Assembly: GCA_002269645.1 (NCBI GenBank)
Contig: NIVC01000905.1
Location: 124,001-188,000 of the forward strand
Length of the DNA stretch: 64,000 nucleotides
Source of the DNA: Macrostomum lignano
Lineage: Eukaryota
Direction: 5' to 3'
The notes under the pieces were generated by a model. It did no database searches. It was not told where the DNA came from and saw only the letters and a list, made by a program, of their open reading frames with translations. Each line of letters opens with the position of its first letter. The stretch's first letter is position 1. Made by a program: the position numbers and the translations under genes. Below are positions 51,182-63,744 of the stretch, piece after piece.

Positions 51182-54100
51182 ATGTCTTCTGGCATGTCAG
51201 CTGGAATTCCACGACTCTTTCACTGCAGTTGCTGCTGCTGGCTGCTTCTGGTTGCAGCTGCAGCTGCTCTGCTGCTGTGCGATGAGGCGGCTGCTCAAGG
51301 CACGTCGTGTGGAAAACTGGTGCCGGGTCAGGTGGATCCTGTGACAGTGGCTGAAGTTCGCTCTTCTACATCTTCATCAATAACAGTTGATTGGCTGCCA
51401 CCAGACCGTGGCATCACAGGGTACTTTTACATAGTAAACTGCCCCAGCTGTCCCAGTCGGCAGCACAACACTACAGATGAGACATTCACATTTCGAGGTC
51501 TCACAGCGGCTACTGAGTACAGCTTCTCCATCCAGGCAGGACTTCGGAACTGCAGACTCAGCCCTGCATTCCATCTTTCTGGAAGGACAGGTGAGAATGA
51601 AAACTGTGCGGGTCATTCAGTACAAAATGCACGCAGCCTCGGGTGCGCCATTGGCTGCCACACCTGGCCACCTGGATTTCTAAAGAAATTCATAGCATTT
51701 CTTCTCACTAACTAATCTGAATTTGATTATTTGATGAGCTTTTTTGCTACTTCAAATTTATTAATTACAAATTTAATGCTGCTTAAATACCAAACCTTAA
51801 AGTTTCGCGAAATCTCACAACATCAGTTGAGCAATTCCCAACACAATTGCAGAACTCAGCAATATCCCAGGACCAGTGCACATCTCGGATGTGACGGAAA
51901 CGAGCTTCAGAGCCCGGTGGGCGGCCTCTCCCGATGTCGGAGTTGAGTATAAAGTCAGCTGCGCTGGCACAGTGCCAGACACAACCGCTGTGTGCACAGG
52001 CCAGCCATCCGGAGCCTCTGTCACTGTCACAGTGAGACCCGTCAAGACTGGGTTTCCGCCTCAGTCTTACATTTACGGCACAGCTTTGACCAGTGAGTTC
52101 CATTACCATATTGGAGATATTTTTGCTCTATTGCAATACTGTTAAGTTTTATTGAGGTATTTTGCCAACTCTGATAATTTGAACTGTGAGCTGAGATTTA
52201 GCCTGACTATAACGTTAAATTCATATCGTGTTGTAGTGACAGCAGCAGAAGCAATCAACTAGACTGATTTGCATTGATACAAATATCGCTTCACAGTATT
52301 GACCTCTGCTTAATGGCTTGTCATTAACTGGAAGTTCTGTTTCTACCATAGACAATTCCATTAATAAAGCTTATGTGCCGTTAGAATAAGAAGAAGAAGT
52401 ATATGATAATAGCCATTTAATAAGCATTCTATGGTCAGAATGTCCGAGGCTGCATTTAATGGTCTCGACAGGGACAACTAAAAGGGTTTTAGTTGTCCCT
52501 GGGTCTCGAGGCGAGCGAAGCAAGCCGAGGACCATTGAGTGGGGCCAAGGACATTGAGACCATAGACAGCTTAATTTAATGGCTATTATTTTATTTGAAA
52601 TCAGATTGCTTATTTTTGTGATATTCCCTCTGGTCGACCGTGGTTGCGGGCGGGGGTGCGAGGGCAGAGCCCGTTTGAAGACCCTTAAATGATTTATTGG
52701 TCCCGGTATAGAAGTGTTTGTACCATAGACTATTGATTCATTGCTGCGAAGGCGCCCATTAAAGGTCAATTAGATAAGCAATCGGATTTTATATTCTTTT
52801 CTTGCCTGGAATGCGAGAAATTCTTGCATTTAGAAGAAAAAAATCTGCGAGTTTCTCGCGAGATTTTCTTGGCAAGATTTTCTTGCGCGTTTTTAAGAAA
52901 TTTTTTCTCATGGAGATATTTTTGCGAGAGAAATTCATCTCGGTGATTTGAATAAAAGTATAAATCTTTCACAGAATAGGAAAAAACTTAGTTGTTGGCC
53001 AGCACCTTATTTCGAAGCTTTAACTTGTCTAAGCTAGCGACTTTCTGGTCAATGTCTTTAGCCCTGTGCACATCGCATTAATGGCTTCCAACTTTTATCG
53101 TTTTACAACCTGCGCGCTGCTCTTGGTCAACATAACCGCATTTTTGTCAGGACGTCAATGATGCAGTCTGCATCCTCTTTGTGCACCTGCGTGTCTTGCC
53201 CTTCCATTTGCGCATCTTCTTGCATTTCTTCCTTTGCTAGACGTGGAAGCCGGGTTCTGTACGCAGTCTTATTTCTGTCTCTCGAGATTCCACCCAGCCC
53301 GGCCCAGGAAAGACAGCTTTCAAGCTCTAAGTCTAAACTTTTCGGCTCTTTTTGCCATAGACGAAAATCGTAATTTTTATTAAATCCCTACGTTGGTGTT
53401 TTCCGGTAGGTAATTTTACCACAGACATAAAACACAGAGTCAGATTTTTTTAATTTTGCGGGTTGTATTTTATGTAATGTATTCTCGACAACAAAACAAA
53501 CCTCTGAGGGCCCGCATTGTCAACAACAATTTAAGTTTTTTTCCAGTCACACCATAAGGGTCACGATGTAGCGTACTTAAAATCAATTGTTAATAGCGAC
53601 GGAGCAGTTATTGAAGTTAAAATTGAGCTGACGCCCACCGCGGCCGTCGGCGAAGTCTTTTCCGCCTCGTGTAGTATTTTGGAGTCCAGAGCAGCCGATG
53701 AGTTGGCGATCTGAATGTCCGAGGTCCGATTGTACCTGTCCGTTCGGCACAGTTTGCTATTCCTTTACACCAGATTGATAGAGATGAGTAGCGCACGTCG
53801 CTAGTAGACTGTGAAAATCAAATCAAATTGTGTTTAAGCTGAGGAGCTGCTACATAAAGGAAGTATGAATCGAGCAGTGTTCTTCTTGATAAAACTTGTC
53901 CGTGGTTAAGAATGTGGGGCTTTGCCCACACCCCAATATTTCTATTTTAAACTCTTCAAGTCTGTGGCGAATTTTCAGGCTGTAAGTACTCGAGGTCTGG
54001 ACACTTTAAAGACAACGCAGTTGCGTGCAGTTATATAAAGTTTAAAATAAAGTTTTTGTTGACTGACAGACAGACTTGTTGATTGACAGACTTGCTTAGT

Positions 54101-57100
54101 GAACAGACAGAGTCAGGTACGGTATTAGTCACGAGCTGTTCTGGATTTCCCCAATAAGTTGCTGCCTAATAAATCAATAAACTAAGCGCCGTCTGCAATC
54201 TTGGAGCTGCTGCTTGACTGTGTAAGTGGCAAGATTTAGTTTGCTCTCAATACCTGTAGATTTGCTTATGAATTGCTAATTACTTATAAATCAATTTTAC
54301 CGCCCTCACTAGAAACCAAACTCCTTAGAGATGCTCATCAATTGCAGAGCTGTTCGGCATTGACGCCAGCTCAGCTCAGTACAGCTCCAATGAGACCGCC
54401 ATCTCTGTGACTTGGCAGCCATCCAGCACTTCTGGCGTCTCGTACCAGCTCACCTGCAAGCGGGTCGGCTCAGATGACAAAGTCTCGACTGCGTCTTCAT
54501 CCAGTGCGTCTGCCACCTGCGGCTCCCTGCAGTCTGGACAGGAATATGAGCTGCGGGTGGCTGTGCAGAAGGCGGGCGGCTTTGATGACGTCATCACGCC
54601 TCTGTCCAATCAACTGACCAGTGAGTTCCCTGGTGCTTTGCTTTGGAAATATTTGCAAATAGCGGTGGCAACAGTTGAGGCAGTTGAGATAACAAATCAC
54701 AATACAAGCCGTGTGCATTGATTTGGCAGAAGGGATTGAGGGTTTTGGCTTGTGCAATCAAGATTTTATATCGCTAATCAAGGACCACTAGCAGTTACCG
54801 TAGTATCAGGAAGCAACACTCGTACTCGTAAATATTGCAAAATTATTGGGAAGGCCAGTGTGTTTGCATTGCTTTCGACAGCTTTTATTTGAAATTTTGT
54901 TGTCTTCAGGTCGGATGACGCAAAGTTTCCAAATACGCAATATTTCTTGCAGACAAAAATAATGAAGTTGTGAGTCAGTTTATCTTGTCTTGACAAAGTT
55001 TCATATCAGAATAGCCTGTAGTTGAGAAGCTTTGAAAAGTAAATAATCTGTAGTGTTGAATTGGCTGCTTCAGAAGTTTATATATGCTTCTCGCTATCAA
55101 AGAATCGCAATTATAAAATCGGTGAGGTAATCATGGACTACTCAAGTAGAGAGACGAGAAAGTTTATTTATTGGAATTTTTAGAAGACAGGCTATGAATA
55201 TCAATAGAGCTGTATGAAAGGCAAGTCATGAAAAGATAAACATTAGGTCTGCCTCTTTTTAGATACAGTAACAGTTTTTGTGCTGAATAAATGAAAACCC
55301 CTATTCTTCCTAATGTCTTTTTTCGGTAGAACTCGCCCCCTAAATTACAAAGAAACGCAGTTTCCTGTCTTTCTACTTGAGCAGTGAGCCTAGTCAAAAA
55401 ATCCCTAAATCTGGATCGGAGATATGGCACAACTAAAATACGAATTGATAATTAATATGTAATGAGAATGATTATAAGATTCAAATTATTTACTCAAATT
55501 CTCAGTTGCTGACATCTATTTAAACAAAATTTTGTAAACAAGCTGTCCATCTTTCTTAGAAATTAATAGTATGATTAATTAAGTATGAATATTTTAAGTT
55601 GTCAATGATAACCTTTTTTGTCTATAAGTATGACTAAATTTATGCAGGGTAATTCTTGATTTCACTTTAAAATGTCGGGTGTGTCATAAGCAAAGTTATG
55701 TCACTGCATGCTTCTGTCCAAAGTACATGTAGACATGTGTAAATGCACTTGTGGGTAGTCCAGCAGTACCAGTGCATTTTGTTTATAGCCCACAATCTTT
55801 CGCAAGAATCAGTTAAGCAGCTTCAGTATCGCTCTATTTATAAGCTTGGATACTCTGCAGCAGAAGTAGAGGAGGATCTCGGGACCCACACTGCTGGACA
55901 ACTGCTTGACTTGCAGGACAATTTACAGGTGCTTTCAAGACTGTCTGATCCTTAGGGGTTCGAATTCGGAGATGCCACGAGATTTGGCCGGCCAGTGTTC
56001 AACCAGGACAACAAAAAGTCATCCATGTCATCAGCGATCTGGTCTGGAAAGATCCGCGACAGTCTGTCAGGAAGATAGCTTTAGTTGTCTAAAATACCAA
56101 TTTTACACCAATTTTACAGCTGGGTGAACTGAAGCAATGCAGAGTTAAGTGTCTCTTGCTTGTGGACACAAATTTTTCCGTGAAATCGGGAATCGAACCT
56201 CCGACTTTCAAGTCGTGAGTCCGATGCTCGAACCACTAGGCTACAAACTAGCATATGTCGCACAGGGATTATTAGGATACTCCAAACATTAAGCGAGTCT
56301 TCAAATAATTTTGAAATATTTACTAGCGTTAGGTCCTGATACAACGGTAACTTTAATAGTGGTCCTTGCTTAGACAGTGCGGTAATGACCAACTGTTTTA
56401 CCAGCAAACACATAATTTCAATAATTAATATGCCTCTAAGTTAGGCAGTATAAAAAATTTACTACTACTTCTAGCTACTTTAAGTAGTTTCACTATTGCG
56501 TCATTGCTCAGTTTTTTCAGGTAAATTTATCAAATTTACAGATTTTATTCTACAGATATCCATTAAAACTTGCAGAGCTCTCTGGCATTGACGCCAGCTC
56601 AGCTCAGTACAGCTCCAATGAGACCGCCATCTCTGTGACTTGGCAGCCATCCAGCACTTCTGGCGTCTCGTACCAGCTCACCTGCCAGCGGGTCGGCTCA
56701 GGTGAAGTCTCGACTGCGTCTTCACCCACTCCGTCTGGCACCTGCGGCTCCCTGCAGTCTGGACAGGAATATGAGCTGCGGGTGGCTGTGCAGAAGGCGG
56801 GCTTTGATGACGTCATCACGTCTTTATCCAACCAGCTGACCAGTGAGTGCTCAGCTGCTGCGGTGCCACAGTTTTACCTGCATGAATCTTGTATCTAGCA
56901 TCTAGCATGTATATAGCATAATCATTGATGCAGTTCAATACTTGAGGGCTAGACCGGCTCTGTGGCAAACTCGTCTGACTTTCACGCCAAAGGCTGCACA
57001 CTGTCGAAACTTCACCACATATATGGAAAAGTGTTACTGGGTTCTTTTTTTCCCTATCTTATACACTCCATCGGTATTATCCTCCTTATTGCTTATACAT

Positions 57101-60100
57101 TCATAAGCAGCCACCTTTCAAGCTGGGAGTACGCCCGCAGAAGAAGACATATCTTTAGAAGGATTGTTAAAAAGTCCATAAATATTAAAACTTCATTGCA
57201 GCATATTAAACTGCAATATGAAGGTTTTAATATTTATACAAAATAGACATAATAGGGCCTAACTTCTAAGGTACGATCTCTTTTCGTGTTAAAGCTTTTG
57301 TTTTAAATGATAAAAAATTTAATTGGCGCTAAAATAATGTTAAAATACCGTCTTAGAAACAGTTTCATAGCTTTGAAAATTTCTTCGTACAATATCAATT
57401 GGCCTATGAAACTTGGAGTGAATCAGTGAATTTGATTAGTCACTTGTCCCTAACAAAAATAACAATAACAAAAGTTTATTCGCTCCCTACAACAACTGTG
57501 AAATTGCGTGCATTCTAGCATAGAAATAAGATATTAGTTTTTCGATTTTGATCACAACATGTTATATAGATAACACAAAAGCAATAGAAAAACGACTGGG
57601 GAAAAAGCCTTCCATCAAGATGCTGAAAAATGTTGAGGATCTTCACTATCAAGAATAAAAAAATCAAGCAAACTAATCATTTTGAATAGACAGTATAAGA
57701 GTCTGTCATGGTCTGAACCACGCATAATATAATGTAATTAGACAGCTAAATGTCTGTAGGTTAATGCCGTGTGCCCTTTTCCTGCCTTTATAATCGCAGC
57801 ATTGTGTCAATCACTACATCCAGTTTCTCGGATTTCATAATTTAAGATTTACAATTTTCTTCTATTTGCTCAGTGCTCATTGGTTGGGAAAATCGTCACG
57901 TGACTGACACCTGACCAATGGGTTCAAAGCATGCCAGAGCAGCCGAGCTCAATTAACCTGGAGCTCCGTGCACGAAAATTAAGCCTGAAGTTTGTTGTGC
58001 AATTTTTGCCCATTAGGGTCCAAGCCCTCCCAAGGCCCAGAGTGTGCAGTGAGAAAGTTGGGGCTGTAAACCCTGTGTGAGTGAGCTTGCTCAGGGCTCA
58101 GCGGAGCTGGCATGACTGTTCAGGGCTCAGCGGAGCTGGCATGACTGTTCAGGGCTCAGCGGAGCTGGCATGACTGCTCAGGGCTCAGCGGAGCTGGCAT
58201 GACTGCTCAGGGCTCAGCGGAGCTGGCATGACTGCTCAGGGCTCAGCGGAGCTGGCATGACTGCTCAGGGCTCAGCGGAGCTGGCATGACTGCTCAGGGC
58301 TCAGCGGAGCTGGTATGACTGCTCAGGGCTCAGCGGAGCTGGCATGACTGCTCAGGGCTCAGCGGAGCTGGCATGACTGCTCAGGGCTCAGCGGAGCTGG
58401 CATGACTGCTCAGGGCTCAGCGGAGCTGGCATGACTGCTCAGGGCTCAGCGGAGCTGGCATGACTGCTCAGGGCTCAGCGGAGCTGGCATGACTGCTCAG
58501 GGCTCAGCGGAGCTGGCATGACTGCTCAGGGCTCAGCGGAGCTGGCATGACTGCTCAGGGCTCAGCGGAGCTGGCATGACTGCTCAGGGCGAGCGCCCAG
58601 TGCCCGGCCTGTGAACTCACTGACACTATTTGTAGACACAAAATGCTCACTCATTTTGAGCTGCATCTATATTTCTGCGTGCTCAAAAGCAACTGATATT
58701 TAGGGTAAGAAATTTAGCAGACAGGAATGTCTGTATCAGATGATAATTTGACAGTAATTGGGACTTTAAAGTCAGGAGCTGCTCACCCACCTCGCTACCG
58801 CAGAGCTCTTCCCAATTGACGCCAGCTCAGTGAGTTTCACCATCACAGAGACTTCCATCTCCCTGACTTGGGCGGCGTCCATCACTGAAGGAGTTCTGTA
58901 CCGGGTGACCTGCAGGCGAGTCAGCACAGAGAATTCAACATCTCTGCCTCCATCAAAGTATCTGAGTGCCAGCATCAGCAATGTGCAGTCAGGAGAGGCC
59001 TATAACCTGAGTGTGGCTGTGACTAAGCAGGGCGGCTTCCATGAAGTTGTCACCTGGCTGCCAATCCAGCTGACCAGTGAGTTGGAGCTCAGCAAATGAT
59101 TGCAGCTGCTCTGATGAGGCACAACTCGCTTCTATTGGGTCCATTTCATTGCAGATCTCTCTGGCATTGACGCCAGCTCAGCTCAGTACAGCTCCAATGA
59201 GACCGCCATCTCTGTGACTTGGCAGCCATCCAGCACTTCTGGTGTCTCGTACCAGCTCACCTGCAAGCGAGTCGGCTCAGGTGAAGTCTCGACTGCGTCT
59301 TCATCCACTCCGTCTGCCACCTGCGGCTCCCTGCAGTCTGGACAGGCCTATGAGCTGCGGGTGGCTGTGCAGAAGGCGGGCGGCTTTGGTGACGTCATCA
59401 CGCATCTGTCCAACCAGCTGACCAGTGAGTGCTGCTTTTGTCACAGCTTTTATATTATCGTATTCTTAAATCAACAATTTTTGAATATGTGCTTCATCTA
59501 GTGTTCGCATCTCACATGTGCGTTGAAGCTTTGACTGCAACTTGATGATGCTATATCTTTTTATTGATTGCTTTATCAAATTTCGCATGTATCCATAATT
59601 TTAGCTCGCCTTATCTGACAAATCGTTTTGAATTTTTTAGACATCTCTATGGCACGGACCCTTTGAAGTTCCCTAGCCATTTAAGCACTCAAAACCAAGT
59701 ATTGAGTAGTATTGTAACACGATATATATTTCTCGTGCATTAAATGACTCCAGCCAATACGCGATCACGAGCCAGTTAAGCACGATTTTAGCGTTTAATG
59801 CACGGTTTTACACATTTATATCGTGTTACAATTAGCAAGATACGAGCGTAGATTGTAATCAATTTTAAGTTTTTTCTAGACGATCGCAAGACCCTGTTCA
59901 TGTGCTTGGGTCCGAAGGTGGCTTAATTAGTTTATCGACTTAAAACTTGACTTAAATATTTTAAAACAGAACCTATTTTATTCAATTACTTTCTATACTC
60001 TGAAGAAATGGTTAAAGCCTATATTTTGATTCAATACTTCCTGGTATGCAAAGCAAACTTCTATTTGTCCTCATGGCTTGACCCTTAGGATGAGAAAGTC

Positions 60101-63100
60101 AGGGCGGCTGTGAACCCGGTGTGAGCGTCTGGGTCTGGGTACATGTCTCGTCGCCTCCTCGCTCTTGCTTGCTTGCGTCTTCTTGCAACTAAAAGAACTC
60201 GCACCTCACCAATTCCTCGCACCGCAGGAATTCCTCGCACGCACCGCACCTCGAATCTCTCCGTTAAGTCTGTGGCATCTCAGAATCTCTCCGTTAAGTC
60301 TGTGGCATCTCAGCATGTCTCCATTGAGTCTGTGGCATCTCAACATGTCTCCATTGAGTCTGTGGCATCTCAGCATCTGTCCATTGAGTCTGTGGCATCT
60401 CAGCATGTGTCCATTGAGTCTGTGGCATCTCAGCATCTCTCCATTGAGTCTATGGCATCTCAGCATGTGTCTATTGAGTCTCTGGCATCTCAGCATGTGT
60501 CCATTGAGTCTATGGCTTCTCAGCATCTCTCCATTGAGTCTCTGGCATCTCAGCATGTGCCCATTGAGTCTCTGGCATCTCAGCATGTGTCCATTGAGTC
60601 TCTGGCATCTCAGCATCTGTCCATTGAATCTGTGATTTGACAAAATACAAAAATAAAAGATAGTTTTGCATATTGCTGTGATTAGTACGGCACTGTAACA
60701 GGTGCCCACTGTTGCCTTTTTGTGTTTTGTTTTTTTCTCATAAACCAGAATTATGTTATAAGTGCAGTAGTCCAGTCACACTGGCTTCAGTAAGAATTAG
60801 CTAACAACTATAATCAGAGTGCTCATGTATCAGTATGTACTGGCCTGTACAATCTTGAAAATCTGGAATATTCCAGTTTTTCAGAGATTTTTCTTGTATT
60901 TTTTCTGTCTAATAACTAAAACAAAGTTAGCAACGTAGGAAGCACAATAAAAGTTTGATAGCTGGCAGTGTCACTCAGCTCACAGTGTCACTTAGCTCAC
61001 GGTGTCACTCAGCTCACCGTGTCACTCAGCTCACAGTGTCACTCAGCTCACAGTGTCACTCAGCTCACAGTGTCACTTAGCTCACAGTGTCACTCAGCTC
61101 ACGGTGTCACTCAGCTCACAGTGTCACTCAGCTCACCGTGTCACTCCGCTGACAGTGTCACTTAGCTCACGGTGTCACTCAGCTCACCGTGTCACTCAGC
61201 TCACAGTGTCACTCAGCTCACAGTGTCACTCAGCTCACAGTGTCACTCAGCTCACGGTGTCACTCAGCTCACAGTGTTACTCAGCTCACAGTGTCACTCA
61301 GCTCACAGTGTCACTCAGCTCACAGTGTCACTCAGTCAGCTTACAGTGTCACTCAGCTCACAGTGTCACTCAGCTCACAGTGTCACTCAGCTCACAGTGT
61401 CACTCAGCTCACAGTGTCACTCAGCTCACAGTGTCACTCCGCTCACAGTGTCACTCAGCTCACAGTGTCACTCAGCTTACAGTGACACTCAGCTCACAGT
61501 ATCACTCAGCTCACGGTGTCACTCAGCTCACAGTGTCACTCAGCTCACAGTGTCACTCAGCTCACATTGTCACTCAGCTCACAGTGTCACTCAGCTCACA
61601 GTGTCACTCAGCTCACAGTGTCACTCAGCTCACAGTGTCACTCAGCTCACAGTGTCACTCAGCTTACAATGACACTCAGCTCACAGTGTCACTCAGCTTA
61701 CAGTGACACTCAGCTCACAGTGTCACTCAGCTCACAGTGTCACTCAGCTTACAGTGTCACTCAGCTCACAGTGTCACTCAGCTTACACTGACACTCAGCT
61801 TACAGTGTCACTCAGCTCAATCTCAATCCCCATCTCCCCGCCCTCCCCAGGGCCGCTGCTCATCGCGGACCCCGCCAGCCGACCCTCAGCCGCTGCCGCG
61901 GAGTCGCAGCCGAGCGAGTCGCAGCCCGCCGAGGCGGTGCTGCTGCTCAACTGGACGTCCAGCGCTGCCGAGGGCGCCGACCTGCTGCGGTTCCGCGTGA
62001 GCAGCGCCTCGAAGCCCGACTTGCTGAGGGAGGCTGCGTTCAACTCGACGCGGCTGCTGCTGAGCCTGGCGGAGGCGGAGCTGCTCTCGCTGAAGCTGAC
62101 GGTGGCGGTGACTGCCGTGGCGAACAAATCCGGGCTGAGGCAGGAGGGCTCGGAGATCGTCATCGCTGAGCAGCTGCAGATGCGTGAGTTCAGCTCAGTC
62201 TTTGTTGTGAGTGGGTCTTGGTTCTGAGTGAGTGTTGGTTCTGAGTGAGTGTTGGTTCTGAGTGAGTCTTGGCTCTGAGTGAGTGTTGGTTCTGAGTGAG
62301 TGTTGGTTCTGAGTGAGTGTTGGTTCTGAGTGAGTCTTGGTTCTGAGTGAGTCTTGGTTCTGAGGAAGTGGTGGTTCTGAGTGAGTGTTGGTTCTGAGTG
62401 AGTGTTGGTTCTGAGTGAGTCTTGGTTCTGAGTGAGTCTTGGTTCTGAGTGAGTGTTGGTTCTGAGTGAGTCTTGGTTCTGAGTGAGTGTTGGTTCTGAG
62501 GGAGTGGTGGTTCTGAGTGAGTGTTGGTTCTGAGTGAGTCTTGGTTCTGTGCCCCGTTTCCCCGCCGCCGTCCCGCAGCGCCCGGCCGCCCTTCGGTGTC
62601 GCTGCTGCCGGACAGGCGCGCCGTCGAGGTGTCGCTGACTGCCAGCTCCGGCTCCGAACTGCTGACGGCGGCCGCCCACGCAGACAGCGGGAGCTTCGCT
62701 GCTGCTACCAACAGCTGCCGCCCGGACTCCGGGAGGTGCACCGTGGCTCTGCAGCCGCTGAGGCCGTTCACCAACTACTCGGTGGAGGCGGTCGCCGAGC
62801 TGTCGGGCCTGGCCTCGCTGCCCCAGAGGTCGGAGGTTCGAACGCTGGAGGACGCGCCGTCGCAGCCGCAGTCGGTGAGGCTGGACGATGCGTCATCGCA
62901 GTTGCTATGCGACTGGCGGGCTCCCAGCGAGCCGAACGGCGTCATCCGCAACTACTCGGTGGCCTGGGGCTCGCTGAGCTTCCCGGACGGCGCTGAGATT
63001 CGCGTCGGAGCCAAGGAGGCGGCGGCCGACACGACCCGCCTGCCGCTTGAGCCGCCGCCGCTGCCGGGCCACGTCGGCTTCTGCCGCGTCGGCGCCTGCA

Positions 63101-63702
63101 CGGGCGGCGGCTGCAGCCGCGGCAGCGACAGGGCAGAGCGGCGGCTGCCCGACGGCGAGGCGCCCGCGGTGTCCGGCGGCCTGCAGCCGCTGGCGGTCCC
63201 TGGCGGTCCCGTCCGCCTCAGCTGGAAGCCGCTCAGCCCCGAGCTCGGCCGGGGCGTCGTGTTCGAGTTCGAGCTGCGACTGGACGGTCCGGGCGGTTGC
63301 GCGGCGGCCCGGCGGCTGAACTGCTCCGACTGCGGCCGCCACCGCCTCCAGCTGCAGTCTGAGGAGGCCCGGCAGCGGCTAGAAGCCCTGACGGCCGACT
63401 GCTCAGCGCCGGTGCTCGTGCGGACCTTCAAGTTTGGCGACGCCTCGCTGTCCGCGGAGATCGCCGTCAGCTCCGAGGGCGCCTCGCCGAGCTCGCTGCT
63501 GCCCTGGACCGAGTACGGCGCCTCGCTGTGGCCGGTGAACCTCGCGGGGCCCGGCGCCGCCGCCTCCGCCTCCTTCCGCAGCCCGGAGACTCGCAGCGGC
63601 GCCGTCGGCGGTCTGCGGGCGACGCCATCGGAGGCGGAGGCGCTGGTGGAGTTCGAGGAGCCGCGGCTGCCAAACGGCCTGCTGCAGGCGTTCGCTGTGC
63701 AG
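51182..63702 (+). CDS. R5: inverted, longest FN3 receptor paralogue (A-B-C-C-D-C-F-E), continues beyond the right edge
   Basis: Exons 51182-51590, 51853-52092, 54348-54620, 56576-56842, 58804-59076, 59155-59424, 61851-62183, 62579-63702. Canonical splice sites, consistent phases, open frames, and clear similarity to the R1-R4 exons. Confidence 0.85.
54779..56368. mobile_element. 1.6-kb non-autonomous DNA transposon in the R5 C1-C2 intron
   Basis: About 33-bp imperfect TIRs caaggaccacta..agttaccgt.gtatcagga at both ends. No TSD recognised. Confidence 0.65.
56095..56252 (-). mobile_element. tRNA-derived SINE
   Basis: Minus strand: A box TAGCCTAGTGGT, B box GGTTCGATTCC, then a SINE-core-like GTGTCCACAAGCAAGAGACACTTAACTCTGCATTGCTT and CACCCAGCTGTAAA. 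Confidence 0.7.
58090..58590. repeat. 29-bp minisatellite (gggctcagcggagctggcatgactgctca), R5 C2-D intron
   Basis: Near-perfect tandem repeats. Confidence 0.95.
59713..59830. repeat. 118-bp inverted-repeat element (MITE-like)
   Basis: tgtaacacgatat..cgtgcattaaa / tttaatgcacg..atatcgtgttaca arms. Confidence 0.55.
60250..60635. repeat. 30-bp minisatellite (tctgtggcatctcagcatgtctccattgag), R5 C3-F intron
   Basis: Tandem repeats. Confidence 0.93.
60967..61820. repeat. 17-bp minisatellite upstream of exon F in R5
   Basis: Reverse complement of the R1/R2 unit (cagtgtcactcagctca). Confidence 0.95.
62215..62550. repeat. 18-bp minisatellite, F-E intron of R5
   Basis: ttggttctgagtgagt[g/c]t units. 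Confidence 0.95.
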
Positions 63703-63744
63703 GTGAGGCCGCCTGCGACTGGGAGCTCCATTGCGAGGCATGAG

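Noticed and set aside
57704-58625. Solo LTR (TGTCA...TGACA) enclosing the 29-bp array
   Set aside because: The termini are suggestive but no TSD was found and there is no second copy in the window.
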